A DNA stretch of 64,000 nt from an uncultured Myxococcales bacterium (lineage in GTDB: Bacteria; Myxococcota_A; Polyangia; Palsa-1104; JAEUJZ01), in NCBI GenBank assembly GCA_964554495.1, contig CAZKOY010000006.1, forward strand, positions 4,796 through 68,795. The letters are read 5' to 3'. The number at the start of each line of letters is the position of its first letter. Position 1 is the stretch's first letter. The notes under the pieces are model-generated. The model worked only from the letters and a program-made list of their open reading frames with translations. It had not been told where the DNA came from and made no database searches. Made by a program: the position numbers and the translations under genes. This document shows, one piece after another, positions 38,120 to 45,982 of this stretch.

Positions 38120-38693
38120 CACTCGACTGCGAGGCTTCCTGTTCGGCCTTGCCTGGTTGGGCTGCGTCGGCTGTCAGAAGCAGCCAGAACGCAGCAGCGC
38201 GGCGGCGGCTCAGGTCAACGCTGCAGCATCGGCAAGCAAGGACTCGGCAGCAAGCGATCGACCTAGCCAGCCCGCCCCTCTGGAACCAGTGCCCCATCGT
38301 GAGCCCTTCGTCGATCCGCTGGGCGCTGCCACGCTGGAGCTAAGCGGCGCCGTCGTGTTTCCGCCCGGTGCTCCGCCGCCGGGGCGCGTGTTTGTCATGG
38401 TCAGCCAAGGCGACTGCCTGGATGCCGCAAACCCGCCGCTGCGGCGCATGCCTGCGACAGAAGATGGCGCGTTCATCCTGCACACGCTGGCTGCCCCAGG
38501 CAGCGAGCTAACCGTGTGCGCCTTCGTGCTGGCGGGCGCTTTGGATGCGAGTCCGGCGCTGTTCTATGGCCAGGCCGCGACCCGCATTCGCGTCGAAAAG
38601 ACCGACGATCTGGTACTGCGCGATCTGCAGGTGCCGCTGCGAGCCGGGCCGCCGCGACGCTTTGCCGCCGCACCCAAGAGCAGCAAGCGCTAA
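38109..38693 (+). CDS. Hypothetical lipoprotein (GTG start overlapping the cpoB-like stop)
   Basis: 'LFGLAWLGCVGCQ' lipobox. No recognised motif. Position suggests membership of the Pal/CpoB-like operon. Confidence 0.4.
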   Translation: MSPSTRLRGFLFGLAWLGCVGCQKQPERSSAAAAQVNAAASASKDSAASDRPSQPAPLEPVPHREPFVDPLGAATLELSGAVVFPPGAPPPGRVFVMVSQGDCLDAANPPLRRMPATEDGAFILHTLAAPGSELTVCAFVLAGALDASPALFYGQAATRIRVEKTDDLVLRDLQVPLRAGPPRRFAAAPKSSKR

Positions 38694-38857
38694 TTGCCAA
38701 TAATATTCGTTGATTAATTAAGAAATCACCGAATCGGTATATATAATTAAAATTGCATTATATTGATTTTTAATTGGCGAGTGATTCGCCTTCGATTGCA
38801 GCATTCCGCGGCTCTTGTGGCATGCCGCGTCCTCGCTGTGGGCGGTAATGAAGGGCG

Positions 38858-39181
38858 CTATTCCGGCTCCATCGTGCAGAGCAAGGGGAACTCTGCTTCG
38901 CGCGCTAGCTCCATCACATTTCGCACCTTGGTCTCGGCGATCTCTGCGGTGAAGACTCCGGCCACGCCGACGCCATGGTTGTGAATGTGCAGCATGATGC
39001 GCGTCGCCGAGCTTTCCGAGTGATGGAAGACGGTCTGCAAGATCGCCACGACGAACTCCATCGATGTGTAGTCGTCGTTGTGCAAGAGCACCTTGTACAT
39101 CTGTGGCGGCTTCAGACGGGTCGACGGTTTCTTATCGAGGACAACGTTGGTGTCGTCCTTATGCGGGCGCTCGCGAGCCAT
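38858..39181 (-). CDS. clpS: ATP-dependent Clp protease adaptor ClpS
   Basis: 'MYKVLLHNDDYTSMEFVVAILQTVFHHSESSATRIMLHIHNHGVGVAGVFTAEIAETKVRNVMELAREAEFPLLCTMEPE' is near-identical in pattern to canonical ClpS. Start at Met index 60 (107 aa). Confidence 0.85.
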   Translation of the reverse strand: MARERPHKDDTNVVLDKKPSTRLKPPQMYKVLLHNDDYTSMEFVVAILQTVFHHSESSATRIMLHIHNHGVGVAGVFTAEIAETKVRNVMELAREAEFPLLCTMEPE

Positions 39182-39387
39182 GGTGACTCGCCTACTAATA
39201 CCGCATTCCGGCCTGGCGATGGGCGCCTCATTGCGCGGCGCGGCGGCTTCGCGTATGCCGGCGGGCGGAACGTGAAAAAAACCGAGCGCGCTGCACTTTG
39301 GGGATTCCACGCCGCTGGCTGCGCGGGACAGACTGTGCGGCAACGACGTTACGTCGCCCAACGTGACGAAAACGCACGGAGGTTTCC

Positions 39388-40446
39388 ATGGCCGCAGCGC
39401 ACAAGTCTTGGACTTTTGTATCGCAGCTTCGCACCTTGGCCCTTTTCATCTTGAGCGCTGTGCTCGTGGCCTGCTCGCCACCAGAGCCGCCTCCTTCTGA
39501 CGAGCTACCCGGCTTGCCACCGGGGCGTCCGCCGGCCGCCGCGCCTCCGGCAAACAGCGTCGGTGGATTCGAAATCGAGGTGCCCGCGCTGACCCTGCAG
39601 CCGGGCGAAGAAAAAGAGGTCTGCTTCGCGCTGCCGCTTGTGCTCGTCGGGCCAAGCCGCATGGTCAGCGCAGGCGTGGTCACCACCGGACCGGGCCTGC
39701 ACCATGGCAACATCACGACGCGCACCAAGACCGGCGAAGGCGTGCGTCCATGCAGCCCTGGCAGCGCCGCCGACTTGGCGCTTGAGATCGCAGCGGGCGG
39801 CAGCGTGTTGTTTGCTTCGTCTACCCAGATCCAAGGCAGCGAGTGGCAGAGCTTTCCCGCTGGCTATGCATTTCGCGTCGGGGAAGAGCAAGAGATCGTC
39901 GCCCGCATGCACTACCTGAACGCCAGCGCGCGACCGCTTGTGATCGCGCCACGTTATCAGTGGTTCACCATCGCGCCCAAAGACGTGCAGATCGAGCTAG
40001 GTCCCTTTGCCTGGACCTACTTCAAGTTTCATATTCCGCCGCGCAGCAAGTTCACCGCGCAGGCTGACTGCCCGCTGCAGCGACCGATGCACTTGGTGCA
40101 GATCCTGCCGCACATGCATGCGCTGGGGCGGCGCTTTACGCTTAGCTTTCTTGGTGGGCCGCGCGATGGGCAGGCGATCTTGGACCTCATGGACTACGGC
40201 GCACGCGGCGAGACGGATATTCGCCAGTTCCTGCCCGCCGTCGAGCTTTCGCAAGGCGGCCAGGGCGATGGGATTCGCTTTGCGTGTAGCTGGGAGAACA
40301 CCTTTGACAAGGTCATTGAGTTTGGCGTCGGCGACAATGAGATGTGCATCGCGTTTGGCTATGCCTATCCCCCCGCGCACGCTGCATCGGCGGGGGCCAG
40401 CGAGGATGTCGACTGCTTGCCGATCTTGCCGCCAATGCGCCCATGA
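39388..40446 (+). CDS. Lipoprotein with PHM/DBH-like (copper type II ascorbate-dependent monooxygenase-like) motifs
   Basis: GGAGG Shine-Dalgarno. Lipobox 'LVAC'. Motifs 'LHHGNI' (His-His), 'ILPHMHALGRRF' (H-x-H-x2-G, like the CuM site signature) and 'NEMCIAFGYAYPP' (Met ligand region, cf. 'EMC' in PHM). The arrangement parallels the CuH/CuM sites of PHM/DBH, but the first signature is incomplete. Confidence 0.35.
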   Translation: MAAAHKSWTFVSQLRTLALFILSAVLVACSPPEPPPSDELPGLPPGRPPAAAPPANSVGGFEIEVPALTLQPGEEKEVCFALPLVLVGPSRMVSAGVVTTGPGLHHGNITTRTKTGEGVRPCSPGSAADLALEIAAGGSVLFASSTQIQGSEWQSFPAGYAFRVGEEQEIVARMHYLNASARPLVIAPRYQWFTIAPKDVQIELGPFAWTYFKFHIPPRSKFTAQADCPLQRPMHLVQILPHMHALGRRFTLSFLGGPRDGQAILDLMDYGARGETDIRQFLPAVELSQGGQGDGIRFACSWENTFDKVIEFGVGDNEMCIAFGYAYPPAHAASAGASEDVDCLPILPPMRP

Positions 40447-40513
40447 TCAATTCATCACTCAGACGGAAACAACCGCTTGAAAGCTCGGCCCAGCGTGGCG
40501 GTCGGAGCCGGCG

Positions 40514-43000
40514 TTGAGCGAGCGGGCGTCTCGTTTTGGACCCAGCGCTAGTACACGGGTCGAGGATGCTGCGCTGCTTTGCGGGCGGGGTCAGTTCGCC
40601 GATGATCTTGGGTGCAAGCCAGGCACGTTGCACGCGGCGATCCTGCGATCCAGCCACGCGCACGCTCGCCTGCGCAGTGTCGACGTTGCGGCCGCCGAGC
40701 GGGCCTTGGGGGTACGCGCTGTTCTGACTGCCGAGGACACACTGCGCTGGTCACGACCGCTTCTGGCAGCGCTGCGCGTGCCGGTTCTGCAGCCGGTGCT
40801 CGCCAAAGACGCGGTGCATTACGTCGGCGAGCCGCTTGCCGTGGTCTTGGCCGAGAATCGCTATCTGGCAGAGGACGCGCTCGACGCCATCCGTGTTGAG
40901 TACGAGCCACGGCCGCCCGTGCTCGACATCGTCCAGGCCCTAGCGCTCGACGGGCCGCGTGCTCATGTAGAGCTCACGCAAAATGTCGTCAGCGATCGCT
41001 CGTACTGCTATGGCGATCCCGACGCTGCGTTTGCCGCGGCTTCGCATCGCGTGCGCTTGCAGATGTCGTATCCCCGCAACATCGCCACGCCCCTGGAATG
41101 CGGAGTGGTCGTGGCGGAGCATTTTCCCGACGGGAACGGCGGGCACGGAGCCTATGAAGTGATGTCCAACTTCACAGGACCGATGTCGCTGCACGCTGTG
41201 ATGGCCATGGCACTGCAGGTGCCCGAAAGCCATCTGCGTTTGCGCTTTCCACGTGATGTCGGTGGCAGCTTCGGCACGAAGCAGAGCCTGTTTTCCGCCA
41301 TCGTGCTTCTGTGCTTGGCGGCGCGCAAAGCCGGTGCGCCGGTCAAGTGGGTTGAAGATCGTCGCGAGCACATGACAGCGTCCACTTCGGCCACGGCGCG
41401 ATTGAGCCACATCGAGGCTGCGGTGCAGGACGATGGCCGCATTGCCGCGCTTTCGTTCGATCAGATCGACGATGTCGGCGCGTACCTGCGTGCGCCCGAG
41501 CCCGCGACATTTTATCGCATGCACGGCTGCTTGACGGGCGCGTACGCCATCCAGCACCTGCGCGTGCGCAACCGTGTGGTCTTGACCAACAAGACACCGA
41601 CGGGACTGGTGCGTGGCTTTGGTGGGCCGCAGGTCTACTTTGCGCTAGAGCGACTGGTGCAGCGCATTGCCGTGCGGCTGGGCTTGGATCCTCTCGATGT
41701 CTATCGTCGCAACTTCATCGCCAAGGAGGCCTTTCCATATCGCGCTGCGGCAGGGGCTTTGATCGACTCAGGCGACTATGCGGCGACTCTTGCCGAGGCC
41801 TTGCAAGCCGCAGACATCACGGCCCTGCGGGATCGGCAGCGCCAGCTGCGCAGCGAAGGGCGTCTGTATGGCATCGGCTTTTCCGCCGTCGTCGAGCCTT
41901 CGATCTCGAATATGGGGTATGTGACCGCGGCGCTGACCGCAGCGCAGCGAGAGCACGCGGGTCCTAAGCAAGGCGCGCTGGCCGCCGCCACCGTGCAGAT
42001 CGATCCGCTGGGCGGCATTACGGTGGGAATCGATTCCATGCCCGCTGGCCAAGGGCACCGCACCGTCTGTGCGCAGCTTGTGGCGGCGGTGTTCGGCCTG
42101 ACAGCAGGCGAAGTTGTCGTCAACAGTGAGCTCGATACACAGAAGGACGCGTGGTCCATTGCCGCGGGAAATTATTCGTGTCGCTTCTCCGGGGCCGTCG
42201 CGGGAGCCGTACAGATCGCGGCGCAGCGCTTGCGTGATCGCATCGCCCAGCGCTGCGCGGACCTGCTGGGCTGCGCGCCGCCGGAAGTTGTCTTTGCCGC
42301 GGGTTCGATACACGCTCGCGGCACGCCGAAGCACGCCCTGCCGCTGGCTCGTGTGCTCAGCGGGCCACACTGGGCGCCTGCGCTCTCGACGGAAGCTGGC
42401 CCTCCGCCGCTGCGTGAGACCGTGTTCTTCACGCCCGAGACTCTGCACGCACCAAGCCCAGACGATCGCGTAAACGCATCGGCAACCTATGGCTTCGTCT
42501 TCGATCTGTGTGCGCTTGAGATCGATCGCACCACAGGGCGCATCTGCATCGAGCGCTATGTGACCGCGCATGATGCGGGACGCCTGCTGCATCCGGCACT
42601 TGCCGATGGCCAGGTCCGCGGTGGCTTCGCACAAGCGCTGGGCGCAGCGCTTAGCGAAGAGCTTCGCTACGACGGCCAAGGCCGCTTCGTCTCGCAGACG
42701 CTGAGCGAGTACCTGCTGCCGACGTGTCTGGATGTTCCTGCGCCGATCATCGTGCATACGCAGACGCCGTCGCCGTATACGCCGCTTGGCGCCAAAGGCA
42801 TCGGCGAAGGCAACAGCATGAGCACGCCGGTATGCATCGCCAACGCCGTGGCCGATGCGCTGTCCAGCCTGCCGCAGTCTGAGTGCTGCCAGGATCTGCG
42901 CTTGCCTTTGACTCCGGCCACGCTGCTTGCGTTGGTCGCTCGTGGACAGGGCAAGGTCGCTGGCGGAACGGCCACGGTACAGACAGGGAAGACGCCATGA
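40514..43000 (+). CDS. Xanthine dehydrogenase/aldehyde oxidase/CO-dehydrogenase-family molybdopterin-binding large subunit
   Basis: N-terminus 'VEDAALLCGRGQFADDL', 'RDVGGSFGTKQS' (GGGFG-type loop) and 'GAKGIGEGNSM' near the C-terminus are typical of the Mo-hydroxylase large subunit. Confidence 0.85.
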   Translation: MSERASRFGPSASTRVEDAALLCGRGQFADDLGCKPGTLHAAILRSSHAHARLRSVDVAAAERALGVRAVLTAEDTLRWSRPLLAALRVPVLQPVLAKDAVHYVGEPLAVVLAENRYLAEDALDAIRVEYEPRPPVLDIVQALALDGPRAHVELTQNVVSDRSYCYGDPDAAFAAASHRVRLQMSYPRNIATPLECGVVVAEHFPDGNGGHGAYEVMSNFTGPMSLHAVMAMALQVPESHLRLRFPRDVGGSFGTKQSLFSAIVLLCLAARKAGAPVKWVEDRREHMTASTSATARLSHIEAAVQDDGRIAALSFDQIDDVGAYLRAPEPATFYRMHGCLTGAYAIQHLRVRNRVVLTNKTPTGLVRGFGGPQVYFALERLVQRIAVRLGLDPLDVYRRNFIAKEAFPYRAAAGALIDSGDYAATLAEALQAADITALRDRQRQLRSEGRLYGIGFSAVVEPSISNMGYVTAALTAAQREHAGPKQGALAAATVQIDPLGGITVGIDSMPAGQGHRTVCAQLVAAVFGLTAGEVVVNSELDTQKDAWSIAAGNYSCRFSGAVAGAVQIAAQRLRDRIAQRCADLLGCAPPEVVFAAGSIHARGTPKHALPLARVLSGPHWAPALSTEAGPPPLRETVFFTPETLHAPSPDDRVNASATYGFVFDLCALEIDRTTGRICIERYVTAHDAGRLLHPALADGQVRGGFAQALGAALSEELRYDGQGRFVSQTLSEYLLPTCLDVPAPIIVHTQTPSPYTPLGAKGIGEGNSMSTPVCIANAVADALSSLPQSECCQDLRLPLTPATLLALVARGQGKVAGGTATVQTGKTP

Positions 43001-43866
43001 AACCGGCGCCCTTCGAGTACGTGCGCATCGATCATCCAGACGAGCTTTCGGCGCTGCTTGCCGAGCATGGACCCGAGGCCGCAGTCCTGGCCGGCGGCCA
43101 GTCGCTGATACCGATTCTGAACCTGCGCCTGCGACGACCGCGTGTGCTTTTGGATCTGTCGCGTTGTCGTGCGCTGCACGATCTGACATCGACTTCAGGG
43201 GGGCTGCAGATTGGGGCGGCAGTCACCCAGGCAACCGTCTTGAGCTGGCCGCGGCTTGCGCACCAGGTGCCGCTGCTTGCGCTTTCGCTGCCACATGTTG
43301 GCAACCCGCAGATCCGCAGTCGCGGTACGCTCTGTGGATCGCTGGCGCACGCGCATCCGCAGGCCGAGCTTCCGCTTTGTTTGGCCGCCCTCAACGGAGA
43401 GATCGTCCTGCGGTCACAGCGAGGCGAGCGTCGGATCGCTGCCGCAGACTTCTTCATTGCAGCGCAAAAGACAGCGTGCCGACCCGACGAATACATCGCG
43501 CGGGCTCACATTCCCTGCCAGTCAAGCGATGCAGGATCGGCCTTTCTGGAAGTGGCGGTGCGCGCCACGGGGCAGGCGCAGGTGGCGTGCGCTGCCATCG
43601 CCGGGCCGCGTCACCTGCGACTTGCCGTGTTGGCTGGGCAGGCCACGCCGCAGGTGCATGACTATCCTGTGCTGCCTGAAGCGGATCTGCGCGATCAGCT
43701 CGACATCATCGCGCGCTCGCTGGTGCTGTCTTGCGCTTCGTCCGAAGACGATGCGTACCGACGGCAGGTGGTCGTGTCCTTGGGCTTGCATGCTCTTAAG
43801 CAAGCGCAGCGTGCGCGGGATCGGCGAGCCGCCGTCGACGCACAGATCGTGGAGCATCGGCGATGA
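42997..43866 (+). CDS. Mo-hydroxylase FAD-binding subunit (CoxM/XdhB-like)
   Basis: 'MKPAPFEYVRIDHPDELSALLAEHGPEAAVLAGGQSLIPILNLRL' is the conserved FAD-subunit start. ATGA overlap with the large subunit. Confidence 0.75.
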   Translation: MKPAPFEYVRIDHPDELSALLAEHGPEAAVLAGGQSLIPILNLRLRRPRVLLDLSRCRALHDLTSTSGGLQIGAAVTQATVLSWPRLAHQVPLLALSLPHVGNPQIRSRGTLCGSLAHAHPQAELPLCLAALNGEIVLRSQRGERRIAAADFFIAAQKTACRPDEYIARAHIPCQSSDAGSAFLEVAVRATGQAQVACAAIAGPRHLRLAVLAGQATPQVHDYPVLPEADLRDQLDIIARSLVLSCASSEDDAYRRQVVVSLGLHALKQAQRARDRRAAVDAQIVEHRR

Positions 43867-44408
43867 AGCGCTGGAAGCAGAGCGAGCTTGTGCCCGTGCA
43901 GCTTGAGCTGAACGGCGTGCAGCGGCGCGGCTTGTGTGAGGCGCGTGTGCTGCTATCGGACTTCTTGCGTGACACGCTGGGTGCGACGGGCACCCACGTC
44001 GGCTGCGAGACCGGCGAGTGTGGCGCCTGCACAGTCCTGATCGATGGTGTGGCCCAGCGAAGCTGCCTGACCTTGGCCGCGCAAGCCGATGGTCGATGCA
44101 TCGAAACCGTCGAGAATCTGGCGCAAGCAGATGGCAGCTTGTGCGAGCTGCAGCACGCGCTTCGTGAGCGCTTTGCGCTGCAGTGTGGCTTCTGCATTCC
44201 GGGTATTCTGATGACCTGTGCCGAGATGCTGAGGCGCCGCCCGCTGCCAGACGACGAGCAGATCCCCGGTCTACTGGCGGGTCATCTGTGCCGCTGTACT
44301 GGCTATAGCGATCTGTTGGCCGCGGTGCGACACACCGTTGCAGAAGTCCGTCGGAAAGAGGCCGCCTGTCCTGCATCTGCACCGTCATCTGGAGTTCACG
44401 ATGCTTGA
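43863..44408 (+). CDS. Mo-hydroxylase [2Fe-2S]-binding small subunit (CoxS/XdhC-like)
   Basis: 'GCETGECGACTVLIDG' (plant-type 2Fe-2S) and 'CGFCIPGILMTCAE...GHLCRCTGY' (second cluster). ATGA overlap with the FAD subunit. Confidence 0.85.
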   Translation: MKRWKQSELVPVQLELNGVQRRGLCEARVLLSDFLRDTLGATGTHVGCETGECGACTVLIDGVAQRSCLTLAAQADGRCIETVENLAQADGSLCELQHALRERFALQCGFCIPGILMTCAEMLRRRPLPDDEQIPGLLAGHLCRCTGYSDLLAAVRHTVAEVRRKEAACPASAPSSGVHDA

Positions 44409-45975
44409 TCTAGGTCGCACGTTTCTTCAGAGCTTTGAGCGCAGCCCGCAGCGCTTGGCATTGATCGATGGCGCGCTGCGTCTTTCCTATGCCGAGTGGA
44501 GCCAGCATGTCTTTGCGCTGGCTGAGTCCTTGAGCGCACTTGGTCTGCGCCGCGGTGATCACGTGCTTGTGTTGCTGCAGAACCGCTGGGAGACCGCCAC
44601 ACTGCACTGGGCATGTCAGCTTGCGGGGGTCGTGATTACGCCGCTGAACTGGCGCGCTAAACCCGATGAGGTCGCGTACTGCCTGCAGGACTCGGAGTCC
44701 AAGGCTGTGGTCTTTGAGCAGGTGAGCGCTCAGTCTGTGCTGGATGTCTGCGCGACGGCCCAGCTTCCGCGGATCGCGGTGGGAACTGGGCTGCCTGCTA
44801 CGTATCTGTTTTCCGATCTGCTCGCGAATCGTCAGGCAACGCCGCGGCTTTGTGCAACGTCGGAAGACGTCTCGATCATGCTGTACACCTCGGGCACCAC
44901 GGGGGCACCCAAGGGCGTTCCGCGTCGTCATCGCAGCGAGCGGGCTGCCGCCGTCGCGCATGTGGCGCAGAACCGCTATGCCCGCGGCGAGCGCTGCCTG
45001 GGGGCGATGCCGCTTTACCACACGATGGGTGTGCGCTCGCTTCTGTCGATGGCGCTGGTCGATGGCTGCTTTGTCTGCTTGCCGCGCTTTGATGCCGGAC
45101 ATGCGCTGTCGCTGATCGAGGACGAACGGATTACTGCGCTGTACCTGGTGCCGACGCTGTATCACGATCTTTTGGCGCATCCGCACTTTGCTTCCGCAAA
45201 AGTGGCGACGGCTTCGAAGCTGGGGTTTGCCGGGGCGCCAATGCATGAAGCACTGCTGCGGCGCGTGCATGCTGCGTTTGTTCCCGAGCAGCTGATCAAC
45301 CACTACGGAAGCTCAGAGATCTACACATTTACCGTCGAGCCCAACGCCATCGCAAAGCCTGGAAGCGCGGGTCGGGCGGGCATTCATGCTCGGATTCGCG
45401 TGGTGGCGCTTGACGGTGCAACACCGAGTCAGCCGGATCAGATCGTGGGCCCCAACGAGGAAGGGCAGATCATCGCTGAACTTCTTGGGGACGAGGCCTT
45501 CGACGGCTATTGGAAGCGCGCGGATGCCGACGCCAAGAGCCTGCGCCAGGGCTGGTACTTCACAGGCGACACCGGCTATGTGGATGGCGATGGCGATCTC
45601 TTCGTTACCGGCCGTGTCGACGACATGATCATAAGCGGCGGCGAGAACATCTTTCCCGTCGAGATCGAGAGCGTTTTGTCGACACATTCGGCCGTTGAAG
45701 AGGTCGCCGTGGCAGGGCTGCGTGATGAGCGCTGGGGCCAGCGTGTCGCGGCCTTTGTTCGTCGGCGAGCGGACGTGTTTGTCGATGCGGCGGCTCTGGA
45801 TGCGCACTGTCGGCAATCGCAGCTCAACAACTTCAAGCGCCCGCGCGAGTACATCTTTGTGCGCGAGATCCCGCGATCTCCCGTCGGAAAGCTTCTGCGG
45901 CGCAAGCTGGTAAGTGGGGACTATCAGCGCGACGAAGGGCTTGGCAGTCCAAGCGAGTCGTCACGTCTTTGCTAG
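44401..45975 (+). CDS. AMP-dependent synthetase/ligase (acyl- or aryl-CoA ligase)
   Basis: AMP-binding motif 'IMLYTSGTTGAPKGV'. 'YHTMG'. 'GYWKRADADAKSLRQGWYFTGDTGYVDGDGDLFVTGRVDDMIISGGENIFP'. Overlaps the CoxS-like stop by 8 nt. Confidence 0.8.
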   Translation: MLDLGRTFLQSFERSPQRLALIDGALRLSYAEWSQHVFALAESLSALGLRRGDHVLVLLQNRWETATLHWACQLAGVVITPLNWRAKPDEVAYCLQDSESKAVVFEQVSAQSVLDVCATAQLPRIAVGTGLPATYLFSDLLANRQATPRLCATSEDVSIMLYTSGTTGAPKGVPRRHRSERAAAVAHVAQNRYARGERCLGAMPLYHTMGVRSLLSMALVDGCFVCLPRFDAGHALSLIEDERITALYLVPTLYHDLLAHPHFASAKVATASKLGFAGAPMHEALLRRVHAAFVPEQLINHYGSSEIYTFTVEPNAIAKPGSAGRAGIHARIRVVALDGATPSQPDQIVGPNEEGQIIAELLGDEAFDGYWKRADADAKSLRQGWYFTGDTGYVDGDGDLFVTGRVDDMIISGGENIFPVEIESVLSTHSAVEEVAVAGLRDERWGQRVAAFVRRRADVFVDAAALDAHCRQSQLNNFKRPREYIFVREIPRSPVGKLLRRKLVSGDYQRDEGLGSPSESSRLC

Positions 45976-45982
45976 GCCGAGG

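Noticed and set aside
41768-43189. 473-aa minus-strand ORF across the Mo-hydroxylase large and FAD subunit genes
   Set aside because: Antisense to two genes with strong conserved motifs. Arg-rich nonsense translation.
44410-45303. 297-aa minus-strand ORF antisense to the CoA ligase gene
   Set aside because: Antisense shadow ORF. The ligase frame has the AMP-binding signature.
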